64,000 bases of DNA from an uncultured delta proteobacterium (lineage in GTDB: Bacteria > Myxococcota > Myxococcia > Myxococcales > Anaeromyxobacteraceae), in NCBI GenBank assembly GCA_963766715.1, contig CAVYBH010000008.1, positions 640,001 to 704,000 on the forward strand, written 5' to 3'. The notes under the pieces were generated by a model that worked only from the letters and a program-made list of their open reading frames with translations, had not been told where the DNA came from and ran no database searches. The position numbers were made by a program, and so were the translations under genes. This document shows positions 10,649 through 26,586 of the stretch, one piece after another (within the stretch, counting starts at the first letter, position 1; each line of letters opens with the position of its first letter).

Positions 10649-10719
10649 GGCCGCCCATACCACGACCCGGACGCGTCCGGGGGGCTCGCCCGCCGCCGGG
10701 GCGGGGTAGATTGGCGGCG

Positions 10720-12372
10720 ATGGCATCCTCGGTCCGCATCTCCGCGCTGGGCGGCCTCGGCGAGATCGGCATGAACTGCCTGGCGCTCGAGTCCGAGGGG
10801 CGCGTCGCGGTGGTCGACTGCGGCCTGCTCTTCCCGGCCGAGCCCTTCGGCGTGGACGCCATCTCGCCCGACCTCTCCTGGCTGCGGGAGCGGCGGGACC
10901 GGGTGGACGCCGTCTTCGTCACCCACGGTCACGAGGACCACATCGGCGCGCTCCCGCTCCTGCTGCGCGACCTGGCCGTCCCCGTGTTCGGGCCCCGGCT
11001 GGCGCTGGCGCTCCTGCGGCCCCGCCTGGAGGAGGCGGGGGTGAAGGCCGACCTGCGCGAGGTCCGGGCCGGGGACGCGGTGCGATCCGGCGCGGCCTCC
11101 CCGTTCGGCGCCGAGTTCGTGGCCGTGGCCCACTCGATCCCGGACGCCTGCGCGCTGGCGCTCTCCACGCCGCAGGGGACCGTCTACCACTCGGGCGACT
11201 TCAAGATCGACGAGGCGCCGCTCGACGGGCGGCGCACCGACCTGGCCCGCGTCGAGGCGCTCGGCCGCGAGGGGATCCGCGTGCTCCTCTCCGACTCCAC
11301 CAACGCCGACCGGCCCGGCACCTCGCTCTCCGAGTCGGCGGTCGGCCCGGCCCTCCGCGTCGCCATGGACGGCGCGCCCGGCCGCGTCTGGGTGACCTGC
11401 TTCTCCTCCCACCTGCACCGCATCCAGCAGGTGGCCGACGCGGCCCGGAGCTACGGACGGCGCCTCGTGCCGCTCGGCCGCTCCATGGAGGAGAACCTGC
11501 GGCTCGGCGTCGAGCTGGGCTACCTGCGATTCCCGCCCGGCCAGCTGGCCACCCTGGAGGAGGCGCGCGACCTGCGCCCCCGCGAGACCTGCGTGGTGGT
11601 CACCGGGACCCAGGGGGAGCCCCGCAGCGCGCTGGGGCGGCTGGCGCGGGGCGAGCTGCTCGAGCTGCCGGTGCGTCCCGGCGACCGGGTGCTGCTCTCG
11701 TCCCGCTACATCCCCGGGAACGAGGTGGCCATCGGCCGCACGGTGAACGGGCTGACCGGGCGCGGCGCCGAGGTGCTCTGGGAGGACTTCCGCGCGCTCC
11801 ACGTCTCCGGGCACGCCCAGGAGGACGAGCAGCGGCGCCTGGTCCGCCTGGCCCGGCCGGAGCACTTCCTCCCCATCCACGGGGAGCTCCGCCACCTGAC
11901 GCGGCACGCCGCCCACGCCGCCGCGGAGGGGCTCTCCGCCGACCGCCGCCACGTGATGGTGGACGGGGAGGTGCTGGAGCTCTCCGACGGCGGGGTCCGC
12001 CGCGTCGAGGACCGCCTCCCGTCCGGGCGCATCCACCTCGACCGCGACGCCTCCTTCGGCGTGGTGGAGCCGGGCGTGGTACGAGATCGGCGGGCGCTCG
12101 CCGAGTACGGGATCGTCCTGGCGGTGCTGGTGGTGGACCGCGTCACCCGGGAGGCGGTCCGCCCCCTGGAGATCCGCGGACGGGGGGCGGCGGGGCTCGC
12201 CGGCCGGGAGGCGGAGGTGGCCGGCGAGGTGGGGCGCGCGCTCCTCGAGATCCCCGCCGGGTCCCGGGACGTGCGGTCGCTGGAGCGGGAGGTCTCGCAG
12301 GCGGTCCGGCGCTGGTTCCGGCGGGAGGGCGGCCGGCGCCCGGCGGTGCAGGTGGTGGTGCTGGAGATCTGA
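10720..12372 (+). CDS. rnj: ribonuclease J
   Basis: LGGLGEIGMN, THGHEDHIG, HSIPD, SGDFK, DSTNA, GTQGEP, IPGNE, HVSGH, PIHGE. Confidence 0.93.
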   Translation: MASSVRISALGGLGEIGMNCLALESEGRVAVVDCGLLFPAEPFGVDAISPDLSWLRERRDRVDAVFVTHGHEDHIGALPLLLRDLAVPVFGPRLALALLRPRLEEAGVKADLREVRAGDAVRSGAASPFGAEFVAVAHSIPDACALALSTPQGTVYHSGDFKIDEAPLDGRRTDLARVEALGREGIRVLLSDSTNADRPGTSLSESAVGPALRVAMDGAPGRVWVTCFSSHLHRIQQVADAARSYGRRLVPLGRSMEENLRLGVELGYLRFPPGQLATLEEARDLRPRETCVVVTGTQGEPRSALGRLARGELLELPVRPGDRVLLSSRYIPGNEVAIGRTVNGLTGRGAEVLWEDFRALHVSGHAQEDEQRRLVRLARPEHFLPIHGELRHLTRHAAHAAAEGLSADRRHVMVDGEVLELSDGGVRRVEDRLPSGRIHLDRDASFGVVEPGVVRDRRALAEYGIVLAVLVVDRVTREAVRPLEIRGRGAAGLAGREAEVAGEVGRALLEIPAGSRDVRSLEREVSQAVRRWFRREGGRRPAVQVVVLEI

Positions 12373-12406
12373 ACGCGGCGCCCAGGGTGCCGGAAGGGAG
12401 CGGGAG

Positions 12407-12895
12407 ATGCCGAGCTTCGACGCGGTGAGCGACCTCGACCTCATGGAGGTGGAGAACGCCTTCCAGCAGTCGCGGAAGGAGATCGCGCAGCGGTTCGACT
12501 TCAAGGGGACCTCGACCGACCTGGAGCGGCAGCAGGACGGGGGCATCCTCATCAAGGGGAACAGCGACGGCCGCGTCGACGCGGCCTACACCGTGCTCAT
12601 GGAGAAGTTCGCCAAGCGCGGCGTTCCGCTCGAGGGGCTCGACCCCCAGGCGATCGAGCCGGCCGCGGGCGGGCACGTGAAGCGGCTCGTGAAGCTCCGC
12701 CGAGGCCTGAAGCAGGAGGACGCGAAGAAGATCGTGGCGCTCATCAAGGGCTCCGGGCTCAAGGTGCAGGCGGCCATCCAGGGCGAGGCGGTGCGGGTCA
12801 CCGGCAAGAAGCGGGACGACCTCCAGGGCGCCATGGCCGCCATCCGGGGAGCCAACCTGGGGATTCCGCTGCAGTTCCAGAACTTCCGGGAGTGA
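12407..12895 (+). CDS. yajQ: YajQ family cyclic di-GMP-binding protein
   Basis: MPSFDAVS, RFDFKG, IQGEAVRVTGKKRDDLQ, LQFQNFRE. Confidence 0.95.
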   Translation: MPSFDAVSDLDLMEVENAFQQSRKEIAQRFDFKGTSTDLERQQDGGILIKGNSDGRVDAAYTVLMEKFAKRGVPLEGLDPQAIEPAAGGHVKRLVKLRRGLKQEDAKKIVALIKGSGLKVQAAIQGEAVRVTGKKRDDLQGAMAAIRGANLGIPLQFQNFRE

Positions 12896-12936
12896 CGGGG
12901 GGTTCGGCGCGCTCGCGCCTGTCGTATGCTCCGCGG

Positions 12937-13806
12937 ATGCGACGCTTCCTCTTCCTGCTTCCCCTCGCCGTCCTCGGCCCCTTCGCCCTCACCTCCTGCG
13001 GCAACCCGGCCACCCCGGCCGGCTACGTGGGCTACCTCACCCGCGGCGCCATCGTCGGCAAGGCGAGCTACGTCGGGCTGCAGACCGGCCCCACGAGCTA
13101 CGGCGCCTCCTGGCTCGTGAAGGTGATGAACGTGTCGGTCACGCCCTTCAGCTACGAGGAGGACTTCTCCGGCGACAACGCGGTCCTCACCAAGGACAAG
13201 CTGATGGTCTCCTTCCGGGCGCACACCATCTTCCGCGTCCGGGGCGACCGGGTGAAGGAGTTCATCGAGCAGTACACCACGCTCGGCGAGGGGCCGAACC
13301 AGGTGCAGGTGGCCTTCGGGAACTTCCTGAAGGAGCCGCTCCGCACCGAGATCCGCGAGGCGGTGGCCCACTACGACGCGTTCCCGCTGAACGAGAACAT
13401 CGGCAAGATCAGCAACGAGCTGACCCGGTGGGCGCAGGAGAAGACCAAGGACGGGCCGTTCGAGGTCATGAACGTGGTGGTGGGGAACCTCCAGTACCCG
13501 GCCGTCGTCGCGCAGGCGGTCTCGAACAAGCTCGCCGTCACCCAGGACCTCGAGACCCGCGCCACCCAGGTGGAGATCGCCAGGAAGGACGCCGAGCGGC
13601 GCGTGGTGGAGGCCGAGGGCATCGCCCGGGCCACCCAGATCATCCAGCAGCGGCTCACGCCCCTCTACGTGCAGCACGAGGCCATCGAGGCGCAGAAGGC
13701 CATGGTGGGGAGCCCGAACCACTCGGTCATCTACATCCCGGTCGGCCCCATGGGCGTCCCGATCGTCACCACGACGCCCCCCTCGGCGCCAGCCGCCAAG
13801 CACTGA
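12937..13806 (+). CDS. SPFH/band-7 domain lipoprotein
   Basis: Lipobox LTSC, PAGYVGY, coiled-coil AERRVVEAEGIA, C-terminal IYIPVGPMGVP. Confidence 0.8.
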   Translation: MRRFLFLLPLAVLGPFALTSCGNPATPAGYVGYLTRGAIVGKASYVGLQTGPTSYGASWLVKVMNVSVTPFSYEEDFSGDNAVLTKDKLMVSFRAHTIFRVRGDRVKEFIEQYTTLGEGPNQVQVAFGNFLKEPLRTEIREAVAHYDAFPLNENIGKISNELTRWAQEKTKDGPFEVMNVVVGNLQYPAVVAQAVSNKLAVTQDLETRATQVEIARKDAERRVVEAEGIARATQIIQQRLTPLYVQHEAIEAQKAMVGSPNHSVIYIPVGPMGVPIVTTTPPSAPAAKH

Positions 13807-13871
13807 GCCGGGCCCCGATCCGGGTGGCGTTGCGCCACCCCGGCCCGGCGGGTTAGATCGCGCCCCTCCCC

Positions 13872-15305
<1,434 letters not shown>

Positions 15306-15309
<4 letters not shown>

Positions 15310-15961
15310 CCCTCGAGCACCTCGCGCGGCCCGCCGCGGTCGAGTCCGCCCGGCCGCCCATGGCGCTCCTGCTGCACGGCCTCGGCGCCGACGAGCAGGA
15401 CCTGTTCGGGCTCGCGCCCTGGCTCGACCCGCGGCTGGTCGTCGTGTCGGCCCGGGCGCCCCGCGAGGCCCAGCCCATGGGCTACTCGTGGTTCGACATC
15501 GACTGGTCGGAGTCGCCGCCGCGGATCGACTTCGAGCAGGTGGTGGAGAGCCGCGACGCCATCCTCCACTTCGCCGGGGAGGCCGCCGACGCCTACGGCG
15601 CCGATCCCTCGCGCGTCTGGCTCGTCGGCTTCAGCCAGGGAGCCTCGATGGCCGCCGCGTCGGTGCTGGCGCGCCCCGACCTCTTCCGCGGCGTGGTGGC
15701 GCACTCCGGACGGATCACCCGCCTGTCCGTGCCGGCCAATCCCCCGCCGGGCCTGGCTGGCCTCCCGGTCCTCTGGCAGCACGGCCGGGCCGACCCGGTG
15801 GTCCCGGTGGCCTTCGGCCACGAGGCCCGCGACGTCCTCGACGCACTGGGACTCCGGGTGGAATACCGGGAGTACCCATCGGCCACGAGATCTCCGAGGA
15901 GAGCCTGCGGGACATGGCCGGCTGGCTCTCCGCCCGGATCGACGAGTCCCCGGCGCCCTGA
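15306..15961 (+). CDS. phospholipase/carboxylesterase (alpha/beta hydrolase; indel near 15878)
   Basis: GTGA overlap with rimO stop; LLHGLG, GFSQG nucleophile elbow, HGRADPVV, then GHEI in the shifted frame. Confidence 0.87.
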
Positions 15962-16031
15962 GGGGCACGCCGACCCGCCCGGGCCGGCCCGGCCGGGTCC
16001 CCCCGTTCCGCCCGAACCTCCGGGTTCCGGC

Positions 16032-16055
16032 CATCGTTCCATCCATGGAACGATG
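16032..16055. promoter_or_regulatory. perfect 11-2-11 inverted repeat, candidate operator
   Basis: CATCGTTCCAT-CC-ATGGAACGATG, 52 bp upstream of ATG 16108. Confidence 0.55.
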
Positions 16056-16107
16056 AGTGTCTTTCCTGCGCCTACCGGTGGTTCGGTGCGATCCCTATCC
16101 TGGTCGC

Positions 16108-16497
16108 ATGAACGAGACGCATGCGACACCCGGTCCGTCCGGCCGCCGCGCCCGCCGGGGGGACGGCTCCGCGCTGGCGAGCTTCCTGTGCCCCGTCTGC
16201 CTCCACGACGCCCTCGTCGAGGACGTCGCCTGCCCGCACCTGCTGCTCGTCCAGGATCGCCACGGGGACGTCTTCTGCCGCGACTGCCGCGTCCGGACGC
16301 TGGCCCGGGACGCGGAGGCCGAGAGCGGCGGGCGCGGGTCGAAGGCCATGGAACGGCTCTGCGAGCGGCTGGGAGGCGGCGTCGTGCTCTACGAGCTGAT
16401 CGAGCCCTTCGCTCCCGGGGTGGGGACGTCGAGCGTGTACTTCGTGGTCGACGCCTCGGACGTCGCCCCGGGCGGCGCGGTGGGCGCCACCGGGTAG
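16108..16497 (+). CDS. hypothetical Cys-rich protein (CPVC...CPH...CRDC), putative metal-binding
   Basis: ORF 16057..16497 with host-like codon usage from ATG 16108. Confidence 0.65.
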   Translation: MNETHATPGPSGRRARRGDGSALASFLCPVCLHDALVEDVACPHLLLVQDRHGDVFCRDCRVRTLARDAEAESGGRGSKAMERLCERLGGGVVLYELIEPFAPGVGTSSVYFVVDASDVAPGGAVGATG

Positions 16498-16521
16498 CCG
16501 CCGCCGCTCCCGCGGCGGGGG

Positions 16522-19847
<3,326 letters not shown>

Positions 19848-20013
19848 GGCGGCGCAATCTACAACGCCCCGGACCGGCCGGGGCTTCCCGCCGGATCGCA
19901 CCCCCGCTGGCCGGTTCGGCCACGACGTCGGCGCGTCGGGCAAAGCGCCGCAGGCGGGCCTGCGCCAGACTCCTCCCCGGTGGCGCCACCCCGGCGCCCC
20001 AGGGAGACCGCCG

Positions 20014-21634
20014 ATGAGCGCCGCCACGAGTCCAACCCACGACGCCGACGTCCTCGTCATCGGCTCGGGCATGGGAGGGCTGGCCACCGCCGCCCTGCTG
20101 GCCCGGCTGCACGGCAGGAAGGTGCTGGTGCTCGAGCGCCACTACCGCGCCGGCGGCTTCACGCACACCTTCACCCGCCGCGGCGGGTTCGAGTGGGACG
20201 TGGGCGTCCACTACGTCGGGGAGATGGGCGCCCCGGGCATGATGCGCCACGCGATGCAGGTGGCTACCGGGGGCGAGCTCCACTGGTCGCGCATGCCGGA
20301 GACCTACGATCGGCTGGTCTTCCCGGACTTCGAGTTCGGCATCCGCGCCGGCCGGGAGAACTTCCGATCCGACCTGCACGCGGCCTTCCCGGCGGAGGGG
20401 CGGGCCATCGACCGGTTCTTCACCGACGTGGACCGCGCGGCCTCCTGGGTGAACGTGCTCGTCGATGCGCTCGGCCGCACCCGCCCCGGTGGCGGCGCTG
20501 GCAGGGGCGATCCTGGCGCGCCGGGGCTCGCTCGCGCTGCGCACCACCCGCTCGTGGCTCGACGAGCACGTGCGCGACGAGCGGCTCCGGGCGGTGCTGG
20601 GCGCCCGCTGGGGCGACTACGGGCTCCCGCCCGGGAAGAGCGCCTTCCTGGCGCACTCGGTGATCACGGCCCACTACCACGAGGGCGCGTACTACCCGTC
20701 CGGCACCTCCGCGCGCATCGCCCAGGGGGCGATCCGCGTCATCGAGCGCGCAGGCGGCGCCGTTCGCGTCCGCGCCGAGGTGGAGCGGATCCTCGTCGAG
20801 GGCGGGCGCGCGGTCGGCGTCCGGCTGGCAGGCGGCGAGACCCTGCGCGCGCCGGTGGTCGTCTCCGACGCCGGGGCCCGCGCCACGTTCCTCCGGCTCC
20901 TCGGCGACGACGTGCCCCTCCCCTTCCGCGACGAGCTGCGGGCCACGCCGCGCAGCATGGCCCACGTCTCGCTCTACCTGGGGCTCTCCCGTTCCGCCTC
21001 GTCCCTGGGCGTGAATGGCGAGAACTTCTGGCTCCACGACGAGCTGGACCAGGACCGCATGTGGGAACGGGGCGGCGAGATCCTCGGGGGGCATTCCCCC
21101 CAGACCTACGTCTCCTTCCCGTCGATGAAGGACCCCGAGGCCCGCGCACACACCGCCGAGATCATCGCCGGCGTCGACGCGAGCCATTTCGAGCCCTGGG
21201 CCGGGACGAGGTGGATGAAGCGGGGCGAGGACTACGAGGCCACCAAGGAGCGCATCGCCGACGCGCTGCTCGCGCAGGCCGAACGGCGCCTGCCCGGGCT
21301 CTCGAGGCTGGTGGTGCACCGGGAGCTCTCCACCCCGCTCTCCACCGCCCACTTCACGGGCCACGCGGGCGGGGAGATCTACGGGCTCCCGGCCACGCCG
21401 GATCGGTTCCGCAAGCGCTGGCTGCAGCCCCGCACCCCGGTGAGCGGGCTCTACCTCGCCGGCGCGGATGCGCTCATGCTGGGCATCGGCGGCACCGTGA
21501 TGTCCGGGGTCATGGCCGCCGCGGCCATCGCCGGCCCGTCCACCTTCGGGAGGCTCATCGCCGCCGGGAAGCGGCTCCCGGACCCGACCGTGCCTCTCGC
21601 CACTCCGTCGGCGACGTCCCCTTCCATCGCTTGA
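20014..21634 (+). CDS. phytoene desaturase/retinol saturase-like FAD-dependent oxidoreductase; indel near 20463
   Basis: VIGSGMGGL, LERHYRAGG, WDVGVHYVG, ELSTPLS, GEIYG, GLYLAGAD. Confidence 0.88.
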
Positions 21635-22575
21635 AGGCCCGGTTCCAGGCGGTCTGATCGGAGAAGCCCAGCCGGAAGGCCACGTCGGAGAGCTCCGCCC
21701 TCCCGGAGGAGAGCAGCCGCTCGGCCTCGGCCTCCCGGAAGGCGTCGAGCACGCCGCGCCAGGTCTTGCCGATCTCCTGGAGGCGCCGGTTCAAGGTCCG
21801 CTCGGAGAGGCCGAGGGTCCGGGCGATGGTCGCGGCGTCCACCTTCCCTTCCGGGAGCAGCGTCCGGAGCCGTGCCCGGATCGCCAGCTCCAGATCCTCG
21901 CCCGCCGCGCCCAGGTCGAGCCGGCTGGCGAGCTGCGCGCAGCGTCGCCTGGAGCGCGGGATCGGCGCGCCGCATGGGCGCCGTCCATGCGGCGAGCGGG
22001 ATCTCGAGGCCGGAGACCGAGCATCCGAAGGTGACGGGCGCCCAGCAGCGCCTCGTGGCGCGTCGGCGACCGTGGCAGGGGGCGCGTGAGGCGCACCGAC
22101 GACGGGCGGAAGGGAGCCGCGGCGTCGCCGCGAAAGCGTCCGACGAAGATGGCGAGCGTCATCTCGTCGGAGATCTCCAGCCCCGGGAACGGCTCGGGGT
22201 TCACCAGCCGGACGTCGGCGCCCGTCGGGGTGCGCTCGATCTCGAGGTGGATGTGCGCCACCTGCCGGAAATGGCTCCGGAGCGAGTGGAAGGCGGCCTC
22301 GACGGTGGGGGAGCTGCCCGGCCAGGTAGTCGAGCGCGCCGAAGGCGCCGAAGGGGATGGCCAGCCCGGCCTCGGTGGGGAGCTCCTCGCGAGGCGCCCT
22401 GCGGAAGGCCTCCTGCCACAGCCGGGCGAAGGTCTCTCCTGGGACGAATCCCGTCGGGAGCCGAAAGCTCCGCCTCCCCGATCCCCGCGGCCCGGCGAAG
22501 CGCGTCCGCGTCGAGGCCGACGGCGGTGAGGCCGGCGAGGATCGCGCGTGCGGATGCGGCGGGCACGACCTGCAT
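21555..22575 (-). CDS. AraC family transcriptional regulator (OruR-like); several indels
   Basis: N-terminal ARAILAGLTAVGLDADAL; C-terminal double HTH IARTLGLSERTLNRRL and VAFRLGFSDQTAWNRAFKRWKGTSP. Confidence 0.85.
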
Positions 22576-22577
22576 GG

Positions 22578-24243
22578 CTACGAACCGGGCACGCCGTACT
22601 GCGCCAGGAGCGACGTGAATCGCGGGTCCTTCCGCAGCGGCTCGAACCATCTCGATCCGCGAAGGCTCGGCACGTCCCGGTAGCCGCGCGAGAGCGCCAG
22701 CTCGAGCGCCTTCAGGGCGCTGTCGTTCTCGCCGAGCTGCGCGTACGCCATGGCGGCCCAGGCGGGCGACAGCTGGGTGGTCCGGAAGCCCTTGTCCACC
22801 TGCAGCGCGTCGAGCGCGTCCTTGGGCCGGCCGGAGGCGAGCGCGATCCAGAACTCGCCAGGCCGACCAGGTTCGTGGTGGTCGGGCCCTCCTGCAGGGC
22901 CGCGAGCGCCTTCTTCGCGTCGGCCTCCCGCCCCTGCAGCGCCAGCGCCCGGACGAGGTGGTAGTAGGCCTCCCCGTATCCCGGATTGATCTCGAGCGAC
23001 TTCCGGCAGGCTTGCTCCGCCTCGACGGCGCGCGGAGGCTCGACGTACCCGAGCACCCAGCAGAGCCGGTCCCATGCGAGGTAGCTCCGCGGGTCCTCGC
23101 CGACGACCCGCCTCATCTCGTCCACCGCTCCCACGTAGTCGAAACGGTTCGCCTTCACGCTGGCCAGCATGCTCCGGGCGTGACTCAGTCGCGGATCGAT
23201 GGCGAGGGCCCGCGTCGCCGCCGCCTCTGCGCGCACCAGCCTGGCCGGATCCCCGTCGAAGTTGCGGTTGAGCTGGACCTCGACGTCCGCCATTCCCGCC
23301 AGCGCCGGCGCGAAGCTCGCGTCGATGGCGAGCGCGCGCTCGAAGTGCTCGCGGCCGGCCTCCAGCTTCACGCGATCGTCGAAGTGCTCGGCCTGGGCCA
23401 TGCCCCGGAGGAACTCGTCGTAGGCCGCGGCGTTGCGGGTTCCCCAGCTGGCGAGCGATCTCGACTCCTCGGGCGCCAGGTGCACGCCGAGCGCCTCGAC
23501 GATCCGGGTGGCCACTCGCTCCTGCACCTCGAAGATGTCGTCGAGCGTCGCGTCGAAGTCCTCGGACCAGACCCGGAAGGCGTCGGAGGTCTTCACGAGC
23601 CGCGCGGTGACGCGGATCCGGTCTGCCGGATCGCCGGACGCTTCCCTCGAGGACGTGGGCCACCTGGAGCTCGGCCCCGATCTCCCTGGGCCCGGCGGGG
23701 GACTTCCGGTACCTGGCCACGCTCGACCCGGCCGCGACGGAGAGCCCCTTCAGGCGCGACAGCTTCCCGGTGATCTCCTCGGTCATGCCGTCGGCGAAGT
23801 AGTCCTGCGCCGCATCCCCGGAGAGGTTGGCGAACGGCAGCACGGCGACGGACGGCGTGGCGCCCGACGGGCTGGCCCGCCGCCGGGCGCTGCGAGGCGT
23901 TCCGCCCCAGGAAGTACCAGGCGAGCCCCGGAACGGCCGTGAGCACGCCGAGGCCGAGGAGGAGCACGGCGAGCCTGGCCCGGGTGGGGGTACCGCCGGT
24001 GGGCTCCGTTCGCTCGATGCCGGTGGTGCGCAGGTCGAAGATCCACGCCAGCATCACGGTCACGGGGAATCCGCCGGCCAGCACCAGGATGACGAGGCTC
24101 AGGGTCCACTCGGGCAGGTGGAGCCCGTGCATGAGCGGCTCGTAGACCTGGAGAATGGCGAACGCGAAGATTCCCCAGCCCACGAGCGCGCGAATCACGC
24201 GCCGGCGCTTCAGCTCGGAGATGAAGTCCTGGAGCTTCGCCAC
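22578..24243 (-). CDS. membrane-anchored TolB-N-like/TPR protein; several indels
   Basis: FISELKRRRVIR N-terminus with TM helices; SVAVLPFANLSGDAAQDYFADGMTEEI; VLEGSVRRSG; DDIFEVQERVA; TPRs; ends LRKDPRF. Confidence 0.83.
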
Positions 24244-24295
24244 CCGTCTCCCCCTGTTCGCGCGGGGAGCATAGCACCGGCCGGAGCCCGCCCCG

Positions 24296-25672
24296 TCACG
24301 CCACCGGATCGACCAGCTGAAGCCGCCGCCAGGCCCCGGAGCGCAGGCGCAGGAAGAGAATGAGGGCGAGCAGCCCCAGGTACACCACGAGCCAGGTCAC
24401 CGCGGCGATCTCGCCGCCGCCGAGCCAGCGGACGGTGATCCAGGCGCCGGGCACGAACACCAGCCAGCCGGCGGCCAGCCTCGACCAGAGCACGAAGGCG
24501 GTGTCGCCGGCCGCCCGGAGCGACTCGGCGAAGACGCCGGCGGCCGCGTCGAACACCTGCCAGGCCGCCGAGAACGCCAGCATGCGGGCGCCCACCTCGA
24601 GGAGCCCCGTCTCGGAGGCCGGGTCGCGCGCGAAGGGCGCGAAGAGGAGGCGGGGCGCGACCAGGTAGAGGATCCCGACGAGGCCCTGCCAGGTCCCGGC
24701 GGCGGCGAAGCCGAGCCGGACGAGTCTCGGGACCTCGTCCTTCGCACCGGCCCCGATGGCCTGCCCGACCAGGATGGCGCAGGCGCTCGCCAGCGCGAAG
24801 GCGGGCATGAAGGCCACCGAGTTGAGCTGGAAGACCGCCATGAGGGCGGCGAGCGCGGTCGTCCCCAGCCCCGCCACCACCACGTTCACGAAGAACATGA
24901 AGGCGAGGAACTCGAAGAACCAGTTGAGGCCGGAAGGGATCCCGAAGCGGAGCATGCGGACGAGCTCGGCGCCGCGCAGGCGCGGCCAGCGGGCGCCCGC
25001 CGCGCCTCGCGCGCGGAGGAACACGGCGAGGAGCCCGGCGAAGGCCAGGGTGGTGGAGAGCGTGCTCGCCAGCGCCGCGCCGCGCACGCCCATGGCCGGC
25101 GCACCGAGGTGGCCGTCGATGAGGATCCAGTTGCCCAGGACGTTCAGCGCCATGGCCGCGACGCTGGCCCGCATGGGCAGCCGGGTGTTCCCCAGCCCTC
25201 CATAGTAGTTGGCGAGCGCCTCGATCCCGATGGCGGCCCCTCCCGACCAGAGCCGGATGGCCACGTAGTCGGCGAGCTGCGCCCGGACGTCCGGGGCGAA
25301 GGCGAGCGGCGCGAGCGCCCGATCGAGGAACGGGATGCCCGCCATGCCGACCGCCTGGGTCGCCGCGGCGACGCACAGGCCGTAGAAGGCGTAGCGCCGC
25401 GCGCCCGCCAGGTCGCCGCGCCCGAAGAGCTGGGACGAGAACGAGGACACGATGAAGACCACGCCGAACGGCAGGATGAAGAAGGCGAAGGTGTTCATCG
25501 CGCCCGCCGTGGTGGCGGCGAGCGCGGACTCGCCCAGGTGCGCGACCATCAGGGCGTCGGCGATCCCGACCACGACCTGCGACGAGCGGGAGACGACGAT
25601 GGGCCAGGCGAGCGAGAGCAGGCTCCGGAGGGTGGGCGCCGCGCGCGCCGGGGTGCTCTCGGGTTCCACCAT
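24296..25672 (-). CDS. MATE family efflux transporter
   Basis: LAWPIV, about 12 TMs, GVRGAALAS, LVGQAIGAG, LRAAGDT. Confidence 0.92.
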   Translation of the reverse strand: MVEPESTPARAAPTLRSLLSLAWPIVVSRSSQVVVGIADALMVAHLGESALAATTAGAMNTFAFFILPFGVVFIVSSFSSQLFGRGDLAGARRYAFYGLCVAAATQAVGMAGIPFLDRALAPLAFAPDVRAQLADYVAIRLWSGGAAIGIEALANYYGGLGNTRLPMRASVAAMALNVLGNWILIDGHLGAPAMGVRGAALASTLSTTLAFAGLLAVFLRARGAAGARWPRLRGAELVRMLRFGIPSGLNWFFEFLAFMFFVNVVVAGLGTTALAALMAVFQLNSVAFMPAFALASACAILVGQAIGAGAKDEVPRLVRLGFAAAGTWQGLVGILYLVAPRLLFAPFARDPASETGLLEVGARMLAFSAAWQVFDAAAGVFAESLRAAGDTAFVLWSRLAAGWLVFVPGAWITVRWLGGGEIAAVTWLVVYLGLLALILFLRLRSGAWRRLQLVDPVA

Positions 25673-25701
25673 GTCGCCGGTGGTTATACCCTCGACCCGT
25701 C

Positions 25702-26574
25702 ATGGACCCCGCCCCGCCCGATCTCGCCCGCCAGGTCGACCAGGCCCAGTCGATCCTCGATACGCCCGCCGCGGGCCAGGCGCGGCGCCTGGAGCGCGCC
25801 TTCGCGACCACCTGCCGATCGCTCGCGGCGGCCATGGCCCGGCTCCATCCGGCCTCGGGCGCGGGGGCGCTCTCGCTGCCCGCCGGCGTGGCGGTGTTCG
25901 CCGGCGCGGGGAGCCCGCTCACCCAGGCGCTCGCGGTGGGGCTCGCGGGCCCGATGTCCGCCGTCGACCTCGATCGGCTGGAGGGCTTCCTCCGCCCCGA
26001 GGGACGGGGCGCCGCGCAGGTCGAGCTCTGCCCGTTCGCCGATCCCAGCGTGGCGGGCCTGCTCGCGGAGCGGGGGTACCGGATCCAGGAGTGGCAGCTC
26101 ACCTGGACGCGGCCGGTGACGCCCGGGCCACTCCCGCCCGCGCCGCGCGGCGTCGAGGTGAGGCGCGTCCAGCCGGGCGAGGAGGGGCTCTACTTCCACG
26201 CCGTGCTCGCCGGGTTCCTCGAGACCGAGGAGGTGCCGGAGGAGGCGGTCGCGCTCCTGCGCCCGGGCGCCTTCGCCGAGGGGCACGAGGCCTATCTCGC
26301 CTTCGTCGACGGCGAGCCGGCCGGGGGCGCCAGCCTGGGCTGGGCCGACGGCGTCGCCTTCGTGAACGGCAGCGGCGTCCGGCCCGCCTTCCGCCGGAGG
26401 GGCGCGCAGGGGGCGCTCATCCGGGCGAGGCTGGAGCGCGCGCGGGAGCTGGGCTGCGACGTCGCCTGCTCCAGCACGCTGCCGGGCACCGCCTCGCGCC
26501 GGAACATGGAGCGGCACGGCTTCCAGGTGGCCTACCCCAAGCTGGTCCTGCTCTCGAGGCCGCCGGCCGGCTGA
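25702..26574 (+). CDS. GNAT family N-acetyltransferase
   Basis: GVRPAFRRRGAQGALI acetyl-CoA motif, SRRNMERHGF. Confidence 0.88.
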   Translation: MDPAPPDLARQVDQAQSILDTPAAGQARRLERAFATTCRSLAAAMARLHPASGAGALSLPAGVAVFAGAGSPLTQALAVGLAGPMSAVDLDRLEGFLRPEGRGAAQVELCPFADPSVAGLLAERGYRIQEWQLTWTRPVTPGPLPPAPRGVEVRRVQPGEEGLYFHAVLAGFLETEEVPEEAVALLRPGAFAEGHEAYLAFVDGEPAGGASLGWADGVAFVNGSGVRPAFRRRGAQGALIRARLERARELGCDVACSSTLPGTASRRNMERHGFQVAYPKLVLLSRPPAG

Positions 26575-26586
26575 CCCGCGGCCGGC

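Noticed and set aside
13806..13850. GC-rich inverted repeat between the SPFH gene and rimO (similar ones at ~26563-26590 and ~49518-49545)
   Set aside because: Ordinary terminator-like hairpins; sequences differ from each other so they are not a REP family.
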